Origin: an uncultured Alphaproteobacteria bacterium
Lineage (GTDB): Bacteria > Pseudomonadota > Alphaproteobacteria > Rhizobiales > Xanthobacteraceae
Assembly (NCBI GenBank): GCA_963704765.1
Contig: CAVPHQ010000001.1
Span: 1,864,024-1,928,023, forward strand
Direction of reading: 5' to 3'
Length of the DNA stretch: 64,000 bases
This document shows, one piece after another, positions 57,152 to 64,000 of this stretch (positions are counted from its first letter, which is position 1; each line of letters starts with the position of its first letter). Under the pieces are notes generated by a model, which was given only the letters and a program-made list of their open reading frames with translations, was not told the origin of the DNA and ran no database searches. A program made the translations under genes and the position numbers.

Positions 57152-58598
57152 CGCTTTCCTCCGAGCGCGGCGCGCACCGCCGCCTGGTCCGAGAACGGAA
57201 GCGTCCGGTCGCCCAGGATTTGGCCGGTTTCATGACCCTTTCCGGCCACCAGCAGCACGTCGCCGGCTTTGAGCTCCCCGACCGCGGCCGCAATGGCCGC
57301 CGCCCGGTCGCCGATCTCGATGGCGCCGGGCGCCGACGCCAGGATCGCCTTGCGGATCGCGGCCGGATCCTCGCTTCTGCGGATTGTCGTCGGTCACGAA
57401 TGCGCGGTCGGCGCGCTTGGCCGCCACCGCCCCCATGAGCGGGCGCTTGCCCGGATCGCGGTCGCCGCCGGCGCCGAACACCACGAGCAGCCGGCCGGAC
57501 GCGAAGGGCCGCAGCGCATCGAGCGCGTTGGCGAGCGCGTCGGGGGTGTGGGCGTAATCGACGAAAATCGGGGCATTGCCTTTCTTGCCGACATATTCGA
57601 GCCGCCCGGCGGCGCCTTCGAGGTCTTCGAGCGCGGCGAGCGCTTGCGTCGGCCGGGACGCCGGTCGCGATCGCCAGCCCGGCCGCGATCAGCGCGTTCG
57701 ACGCCTGGAACGCGCCGACCAGCGGCAGGTGCAGGCGATACTCCTTCCCGCCGGCGCGCACATGGAGCGATTGCGCGAACCCCTCGGGCGTCGCGGCGAC
57801 GAGCGTGAGGTCGGCGCCTGCGCTGCCGACCGAAATGAGACGCAGTTTCATCTGCTGCGCGACGGCCGCGACGATCCTGGCCTCCGGGCTGTCGGCGTTC
57901 ACCACGGCGCCGGCGCCCTCGGGCAACAACGTATCGAACAGCCGGAGCTTTGCCGCGCGATAGGCCTCCAACGTCGGATGATAGTCGAGATGATCGCGCG
58001 TGAGATTCGTGAAAGCGCCGGCCGAGATTCGAACACCATCGAGGCGGCGCTGGTCGAGGCCGTGCGACGAGGCTTCGAGCGCGAGATGCGTGACGCCCTC
58101 GCCCGCGAGCTTGTCGAGCAGCTGATGCAGTGCCACCGGATCGGGCGTGGTCAGGCTTCCCGTCACCTCGCCCGAGGGCGAACTGACGCCGAGCGTGCCG
58201 AGGCTGGCGGCCTTATGCCCGGCCGCAGCCCAGATCTGCCGCGTGAACGAAACGACCGAGGTCTTTCCGTTGGTGCCGGTGACGGCGACGATCGTTTCCG
58301 GCTGGCGCGGATGCAGCTTCGCCGCCGCGCGCGCGAGCGCGGCGCGCGCATCCGCGACGCGCACATAGACGACATTCGCGGGCAGGCCCGCGGGCCGCTC
58401 GCCTTCGCCGACCACGGCGACCGCGCCCTTGCCCGCCGCATCGGCCGCGAAGCGGCTGCCATCGGCGCGGCTGCCGGCGAGCGCGAAGAACAGCGATCCC
58501 GGCCCGGCCTTGCGGCTATCGGCGGTGATCGAGGTGACCGCGATGCCGCGCGGCGCATTTGCGCCGTCGGGACCGAGCAGATCGTGCAATTCCGGCAT
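57148..58598 (-). CDS. murE: UDP-N-acetylmuramoyl-L-alanyl-D-glutamate--2,6-diaminopimelate ligase, two +1 shifts (about 57646, about 57374)
   Basis: [10 protein letters not shown], then DYAHTPDAL...[13 protein letters not shown] (ORF 57230..57484 frame), then DNPRSEDP-type tail ...LVAGKGHE in a third frame. Confidence 0.87.
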
Positions 58599-58612
58599 TT
58601 CCGTTCCGAATT

Positions 58613-60322
58613 CTAGCGCGCCGCGCGCCGGGCGACCGCGAGCAGGCGTTCGGCCGGCGGCACGTCGAGGCGCGGCTTGAGCCCGAGCAGCGGCGCGATG
58701 CGCGCGATGATCTTGCCGCTGGTCGGCGCCGCGTTGAGCCCGGACGTCGCCTCGCGTTGGTCCGCCGTCGCCTGCGGCTCGTCGAGCATCACCAGCACCA
58801 GATAGCGCGGCGCGTCGATGGGGAAAACGCCCATGAACACGGTAAGGCGCTTATTTTTCATGTAGCGGCCGCCCACGACCTTTTCCGAGGTGCCGGTCTT
58901 GCCGCCCACGTAATAGCCCTCCACTTCCGCGCGCTTGGCCGAGCCGCGCTCGACATTGAGCCGGAACAGATAGCGCATCTTCTCGCTGGTTTCCGGCTTG
59001 ATCACGCGCACGGCGAGCCTTTTCGCTTCTTCCTCCGAGCGCCGCAGAAAGGTCGGCGGGATCAAGAGCCCGCCATTGATCAGCGCCGCGGCCGCCATCA
59101 CCGCCTGCAGGGGCGCGACCGAAAGCCCATGGCCGAAGGCGATGGTCGCCGTGTTCAGCTCGCCCCAACGCTTGGGCGCGAGCGGCTCGGCGCTTTCCGG
59201 CAACTCCGTGCGCAGCCGGTCGAGCTGCCCGGTCTTCTTCAGGAACGCCCGGTGCGCATCGACGCCGAGCGCCAGCGCCATGCGCGCGGCGCCGATATTG
59301 GAGGAATAGGTGAAGACTTCGGGCAGGCTCAGCATGCGCTGCTGGCCGTGGAAGTCGTGGATCGTGTATTTGCCGTATTGCAGCGGCTGGCGGGCGTCGA
59401 GCTGCGAGCCGAGCGTGAACTTGCCCGAGTCGAGCGCCATCGCGACCGTGAGCGCCTTGAACGTCGAGCCCATCTCGTAGACGCCGGTGGTGAGCCGGTT
59501 CAGCCGGATCGGATCGCGCATGCCGCGCGGCTGGTTCGGATCGAAATCCGGCAGCGACACCATTGAGACGATCTCGCCGGTGCGCACGTCGAGCACCAGC
59601 CCGGCGGCGGCATTGGCCTTGTAGCGGACGATCGCGGCGGCGAGCTCGTCGCGCACCGCGTGCTGGACGGCGAGATCGAGCGCGAGCGAGACCGGCGAGA
59701 GCGTCCGGTCGGAGGTGAGACCCGCGAGCCGCAGCTCCGCGAGCCCCTGCCCGTCGATCCATTTCTCGAGGCCGGCGATGCCTACGTTGTCGACGCTGAC
59801 GTAACCGATTGCATGCGCGATTTCCGGCCCCGCCGGATAGATGCGCCGGCTCTCGCTTAAAAATCCGATTCCGGGCAGGCCGAGATTCTGGATCGCGAGC
59901 CGTTGCGCCGGCGAGATTTCCCGCTTCAGCCATACGAAGCCGCGCTTGGACGAAAGCCGCTCGCGCATCTCGCGCGTGTCGAGATCGGGCAGGATGGCGG
60001 CAAGCTGCTCGACCGCCTCGTCCGCGTCGATGATCTTGCGCGGCTCGCCGAACAGCGAGGGCGCGCGCACGTCGGTCGCGATCAATCGCCCCTGGCGGTC
60101 GAAGATGTCGGGCCGCGAGGCGGCGGTCGCATCGGTCGCCGCGGTCCGCTTGGCCAGATGGGTTTCGGGAAACGCCGCGAGCTGAACCAGCCGCGCTCCG
60201 ATCACCCCGAACACGACCGTGAAGCCGAGAATCAATAGGCCGATGCGCGCACGCATCATCCGCACCGGGTCGGCGCGCGATGCTTTTCCGGAAACGTCTA
60301 TGGCTCCCGCGGACGGATGCAC
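58613..60322 (-). CDS. ftsI: penicillin-binding protein 3 (peptidoglycan D,D-transpeptidase FtsI)
   Basis: N-terminal TM, catalytic-Ser region GSTFKALT, then SSN and KTGT motifs. 569 aa. Confidence 0.9.
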   Translation of the reverse strand: MHPSAGAIDVSGKASRADPVRMMRARIGLLILGFTVVFGVIGARLVQLAAFPETHLAKRTAATDATAASRPDIFDRQGRLIATDVRAPSLFGEPRKIIDADEAVEQLAAILPDLDTREMRERLSSKRGFVWLKREISPAQRLAIQNLGLPGIGFLSESRRIYPAGPEIAHAIGYVSVDNVGIAGLEKWIDGQGLAELRLAGLTSDRTLSPVSLALDLAVQHAVRDELAAAIVRYKANAAAGLVLDVRTGEIVSMVSLPDFDPNQPRGMRDPIRLNRLTTGVYEMGSTFKALTVAMALDSGKFTLGSQLDARQPLQYGKYTIHDFHGQQRMLSLPEVFTYSSNIGAARMALALGVDAHRAFLKKTGQLDRLRTELPESAEPLAPKRWGELNTATIAFGHGLSVAPLQAVMAAAALINGGLLIPPTFLRRSEEEAKRLAVRVIKPETSEKMRYLFRLNVERGSAKRAEVEGYYVGGKTGTSEKVVGGRYMKNKRLTVFMGVFPIDAPRYLVLVMLDEPQATADQREATSGLNAAPTSGKIIARIAPLLGLKPRLDVPPAERLLAVARRAAR

Positions 60323-60325
60323 GGC

Positions 60326-60694
60326 TCAGTTCCCCTTGACCAGCGCATCGAGCGCAGCGCGGTCGAGCGGCGGATCGAACGTCTCGATCAGATCGCCGAT
60401 CGGATCGGCGCTCGTGATGGGCTTCTCCGGCAGCGCCGCGATGTCCTCGGCCTGCACCAGCGCCGCCGGCTTCATGCCGAGATGACGCTGCGCCAGGTCC
60501 TGAATCCGCTCGGGCGCGCCGAGCCGGCTCCATTCGGCGCGCAGCCACGAGATGCGCTCGCGCTCGGCGCGGATTTCGGCGCGCAGCTTGGCGATGTGCT
60601 GCACATGGGCGGTCGATTGGTACTTCACCTGATAGAGCGCGACCGCGGCGGCCACGAGGCAGCCGATGACGATGAGATGGAGAAGCCTGAGCAC
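60326..60694 (-). CDS. ftsL: cell division protein FtsL-like
   Basis: 122 aa. Single TM LLHLIVIGCLVAAAVALY followed by a coiled coil. Canonical position between rsmH and ftsI. Confidence 0.7.
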   Translation of the reverse strand: MLRLLHLIVIGCLVAAAVALYQVKYQSTAHVQHIAKLRAEIRAERERISWLRAEWSRLGAPERIQDLAQRHLGMKPAALVQAEDIAALPEKPITSADPIGDLIETFDPPLDRAALDALVKGN

Positions 60695-60696
60695 GG

Positions 60697-61728
60697 CTAC
60701 CTCCCCCGCCTGGCTTCGAGCGACGGCAGCCGCGCAAGCAGCGGCGCCAGCGGGTCGTCGGGACGCGCCGCTATTTCGGTCCGTTCCGCGGCGCGCAGCT
60801 TGGCCGAGCGCGCGCGCGGATTGGCGGCGGTCTCGCCGGCCGAGGGCTCGATCGGCTTCTTGGTGAGGATGCGGAAAGTAGGCTCGGCCGCCACGATCTC
60901 GGGCTGGTGGCGCGAACCCGCCGGCGCCTTGCCGCGGTCGATGAGGAAGTTCTTCACCAGCCGGTCTTCGAGCGAATGGAAGGACACGACCACCAGCCGC
61001 CCGCCGGGCGCAAGCAGCCGCTCGGCCGCAAGCAGCGCCGCCGCGAGCTCCTGCAGCTCGTCGTTCACGTAGATGCGCAGCGCCTGAAAGGTCCTGGTCG
61101 CCGGGTCGATGCCGCCCGGGCTCGCGCGCACGACGGAACGCACGATGTCGGCGAGTTCCCCGGTGCGCTCGATCGGCTTCTCCTTGCGCGCCGCGACGAT
61201 GGCGCGGGCCACCGCGCGCGAACGGCGCTCCTCGCCGAGCGCGAAGAAAATGTTCGCCAGCTCCTCCTCGGGAAGCTTGTTCACCAGATCGGCCGCGCTC
61301 GGCCCGCTCATGCCCATGCGCATGTCGAGCGGCCCGTCGCGGCGGAACGAGAACCCGCGCTCCGGCTCGTCGATCTGCATGGAGGAGACGCCGAGATCGA
61401 ACACGATGCCGTCGGCGGCCTCGACCCCGAGACTGCGCGCGAGCGTGTCGGCCCGCGAGAAGCGCTCCTCGGCCAGCACCAGCCGTTCCGGAAAAGCTTC
61501 GACCAGGGCGCCGCCGGCCGCGACCGCGTTACGGTCGCGGTCGAGCGCGATCACGCGGCAATCGGCCGCTTCGAGGATGGCTCTGGAATAGCCCCCGGCC
61601 CCGAAGGTGGCGTCGACATAGACGCCACCTTCCTTGGGCCCGAGAAAAGAAGTGACCTCCCCGACGAGGACGGGAACATGGCGGGCCGGTCCGCCAGCGG
61701 CGCCCGAGGCGCCGCGGCCCGCCTTCAT
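60697..61728 (-). CDS. rsmH: 16S rRNA (cytosine1402-N4)-methyltransferase
   Basis: HVPVLVGEV...[14 protein letters not shown]...[11 protein letters not shown]...SFHSLEDR. Start at MKAGRG inside ORF 60697..62328. Confidence 0.92.
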   Translation of the reverse strand: MKAGRGASGAAGGPARHVPVLVGEVTSFLGPKEGGVYVDATFGAGGYSRAILEAADCRVIALDRDRNAVAAGGALVEAFPERLVLAEERFSRADTLARSLGVEAADGIVFDLGVSSMQIDEPERGFSFRRDGPLDMRMGMSGPSAADLVNKLPEEELANIFFALGEERRSRAVARAIVAARKEKPIERTGELADIVRSVVRASPGGIDPATRTFQALRIYVNDELQELAAALLAAERLLAPGGRLVVVSFHSLEDRLVKNFLIDRGKAPAGSRHQPEIVAAEPTFRILTKKPIEPSAGETAANPRARSAKLRAAERTEIAARPDDPLAPLLARLPSLEARRGR

Positions 61729-62204
61729 CCCCCCGCCCCGGAGAGATCCCTCCCACGCTTCCGGTTGCCGACCGACGCTCGGAGCGCGCGCACCTTCTTG
61801 GTGGCCTCCACGAGATGCGCGCGGAAGCGTTTCGGCTCCCAGATCTGAAACTTGTGCCCGAGCCCGACGAAGGCCACCGCGTCCGAAATATGCGCGTGCG
61901 TCTTCAAGGTCTCGGTGAGAATGATGCGGCCTTCCGTGTCGATCGTGAGCGTCTCGCTCTGGCCGTAGAGCGCAGCCGCCAGTTCCTCGCGCTCCTCCGA
62001 ATAGGGCGGGTAGCGCTCGATCAGCGCTTCGATCTCCGAGAGCAGCGCCTTGCCGCCGGCGTCCAGCGCCGGCCGCCCCGGCGAGGGCTGGCAATAGAGT
62101 TCGGCGACCGCCTCGCGCGCCAGCAGCGCCCGGAACGGCGCCGGAATCGAAACCCGGCCCTTGGCGTCGAGATTCATCATGTAGGTCGCAACGAAGCGGT
62201 CCAT
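61725..62204 (-). CDS. mraZ: transcriptional regulator MraZ
   Basis: [25 protein letters not shown] and a second SpoVT/AbrB-like repeat ([12 protein letters not shown]). Confidence 0.88.
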   Translation of the reverse strand: MDRFVATYMMNLDAKGRVSIPAPFRALLAREAVAELYCQPSPGRPALDAGGKALLSEIEALIERYPPYSEEREELAAALYGQSETLTIDTEGRIILTETLKTHAHISDAVAFVGLGHKFQIWEPKRFRAHLVEATKKVRALRASVGNRKRGRDLSGAGG

Positions 62205-62317
62205 GTTTCCGCCCGACACGCGAACGCAAACCCGGCGGCGATACGCACAACTCCTCGGGCCGGAGCGCTTGCGCGCTCCGCCCGGCCGGGCTGCGTCGGT
62301 ACCGGAACGGGATGATT

Positions 62318-62342
62318 TGGGATATCATGGGACCATATGGTC
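62318..62342. promoter_or_regulatory. candidate MraZ operator: three pentamers at exact 10-bp phasing
   Basis: TGGGA (62318), TGGGA (62328) and TGGTC (62338), about 115 nt upstream of mraZ. Confidence 0.4.
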
Positions 62343-62492
62343 GTCAACGGACGGTCCCGCGACGGCCCGCGCCGCCCGGCTTCCGCCCTGGCTCCGATCG
62401 GGCATTAACACTCTGCGAACCTTAAGAATTTATTGCATTTTCGGCGCGCGCCGCGCCGCACATTAGAGTACGCACGGAACGGACGGTTTCCG

Positions 62493-63260
62493 GTGCAAAA
62501 AATCTTCGAGCCCGACACGAGCCTCGCGAGTGCCGCCGCCGCCTCGCCGAATTTCGACGAGCGCCAGGGCGGCGAGCCCGACATGATTCTCCTGCACTAC
62601 ACCGGCATGGAGAACGCCGAGGCCGCGCTTGCGCGCCTCGTCGATCCCGCCGCCAAGGTGTCGTCGCACTATTTCGTGCACGAGGATGGCCGCGTGCTTC
62701 AGCTCGTGCCCGAAGCGCGGCGCGCGTGGCACGCCGGCGAAGCGCTCTGGGCTGGCGAAAGCGATATCAACTCGCGCTCGATCGGCATCGAGATCGTCAA
62801 TCCGGGCCACGATCTCGGCTATCCGGATTTTCCGCGCGCCCAGATCGCAGCCGTGATCGCGCTCTGCCGCGATATCGTAAAGAGACGAGGCATCCGCGCC
62901 GACCGCGTACTCGCTCATTCCGATGTGGCGCCCTCGCGCAAGCAGGATCCGGGCGAGAAATTCCCCTGGGACCTTCTGCACAAGCAGGGCGTCGGCCATC
63001 TGGTCGCGCCCGCGCCGCTCACCGAGGGCCCGGCGCTCAAGCCGGGCGATCGCGGCGAAGCGGTCACCATGCTGCAGACCATGCTCGCGCGTTACGGCTA
63101 CGGCCTGCCTGTCACCGGCGAGTTCGACGTCGCAACCGAAGCCGTGGTCACGGCATTCCAACGGCACTTCCGCCCAGCGCGTGTGGACGGCATCGCCGAC
63201 GCCTCCACGGTCACGACATTGCGCGATCTGCTGGCCGCGCGCCCGATCGACGCCGCCTGA
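62493..63260 (+). CDS. N-acetylmuramoyl-L-alanine amidase (Amidase_2/AmpD-like) with C-terminal PG_binding_1 domain
   Basis: SPNFDERQGG...ILLHYTGM...AWHAG...IGIEIVN...HSDVAP.RKQDPGE. C-terminal GDRGEAVTMLQTMLARYGY. GTG start at 62493 chosen. Confidence 0.8.
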   Translation: MQKIFEPDTSLASAAAASPNFDERQGGEPDMILLHYTGMENAEAALARLVDPAAKVSSHYFVHEDGRVLQLVPEARRAWHAGEALWAGESDINSRSIGIEIVNPGHDLGYPDFPRAQIAAVIALCRDIVKRRGIRADRVLAHSDVAPSRKQDPGEKFPWDLLHKQGVGHLVAPAPLTEGPALKPGDRGEAVTMLQTMLARYGYGLPVTGEFDVATEAVVTAFQRHFRPARVDGIADASTVTTLRDLLAARPIDAA

Positions 63261-63452
63261 ACGCCGCAAGCTTGCCGCATTGGCGGCCCGCGCCCAATCC
63301 GTAGCCCGCAATTACGGCGCACGCCTCCAATTGTCATCCATTCGTTCCGCGTCCCGATTTTATGCGGCCGCAAAACCGGCCCGGCTCGGTCCCCATGCCG
63401 TCGGGTTTTTCCGCCCTTCTTGCGGGCGGGAATGAAACGGGGACGCGCAATC

Positions 63453-64000
63453 ATGAAATGCAGTTTCTTGCTGGCCGCGGCGTTGTTCTTCGCCGCGACT
63501 GTCGCGGCGCCTGTGCCCGCATCGGCGGAAGGCGGAGACCTCATCGACGCGCTGCTTGCGCGCGCAAGAAATAGGCCGCCGGCCGAGACTGCGCGCGGCA
63601 ACCTGGTTCTTGCCGCGGTCGAAGTGCCGGCAACGCTGCAGGAAACCTCCGTCATCGACGAGCTGCTCGCGCGCGCCCGCCGCGGGCGCGCCATCGGCCT
63701 CGGCAAGGACGATCTCACCGCGCTGGTCGATCGCGAAGCCACGGCGCTCGGCATTCCGATCGCGCTGGCGCGCGCGGTCGTAAAGGTCGAGAGCCAGTGG
63801 AATCCGAAGGAGACGGGATCGGTCGGAGAAGTCGGACTGATGCAGATCAAGCACAGCACCGCGCGGCTTCTGGGCTTCGCCGGCTCGCGCGCCGAGCTCT
63901 ACGACCCGAAGACCAACGTGCGCTGGGGCATGAAATATCTGGCCGGCGCCTACAAGCTCGCCAATGGCAACGTCTGCCAGACCGCGCTCAAGTACCAGGG
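63453..64000 (+). CDS. lytic transglycosylase (SLT domain), 3' end off the window
   Basis: Own translation: signal MKCSFLLAAALFFAATVAAPVPASA. VKVESQWNPKETGSVGEVGLMQI carries the catalytic E-S motif. Open to the window end. Confidence 0.75.
   Translation, partial: MKCSFLLAAALFFAATVAAPVPASAEGGDLIDALLARARNRPPAETARGNLVLAAVEVPATLQETSVIDELLARARRGRAIGLGKDDLTALVDREATALGIPIALARAVVKVESQWNPKETGSVGEVGLMQIKHSTARLLGFAGSRAELYDPKTNVRWGMKYLAGAYKLANGNVCQTALKYQ

Noticed and set aside
54606-58598. 1330-aa ORF
   Set aside because: It is a chimera of the murE N-terminus, an Arg/Ala-rich out-of-frame read-through of murE and murF, and the mraY N-terminal part. The intact murF is ORF 55718..57151 in another frame.

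Overview
High-GC (about 67%) chromosomal segment of an alphaproteobacterium. Gene order, the two-piece tmRNA and the repeat families point to Hyphomicrobiales/Rhizobiales. No searches were run, so all calls come from reading the translations and the DNA. Left half (1-27.5 kb): housekeeping genes, including hflK (partial), fumC, gdh, a YafY regulator, thyA, a TetR regulator, a TPP riboswitch plus thiC, pirin, two ParA-like ATPases, ssrA-sspB-folA, an AsmA-family protein, an FAD oxidase and prmA. Middle (27.5-41 kb): uvrD, pepP, a NitT/TauT-type ABC transporter followed by NifU-like and DsrE-like genes, then ligA and recN. Right half (41-64 kb): bamD, lpxC and a complete minus-strand dcw cluster (mraZ-rsmH-ftsL-ftsI-murE-murF-mraY-murD-[DUF1330]-ftsW-murG-murC-murB-ddl-ftsQ-ftsA-ftsZ), then an amidase and a partial lytic transglycosylase. 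Observations worth a second look: (1) two low-GC (about 45%) islands, 12064-13440 (orphan 437-aa membrane protein) and 30110-31231 (small ORF plus a cytoplasmic trypsin-like protease gene); (2) a 148-nt nested-palindrome element sitting inside the uvrD coding sequence, with two intergenic sister copies; (3) at least 10 REP-like nested palindromes; (4) about 28 single-base frame disruptions, almost all +1, hitting essential single-copy genes and densest at 27.5-41 kb, most simply assembly or sequencing indels. Several very long ORFs in the supplied track are chimeras created by these shifts or by stop-free wrong frames. No rRNA, tRNA, CRISPR array, integrase or transposase was seen.
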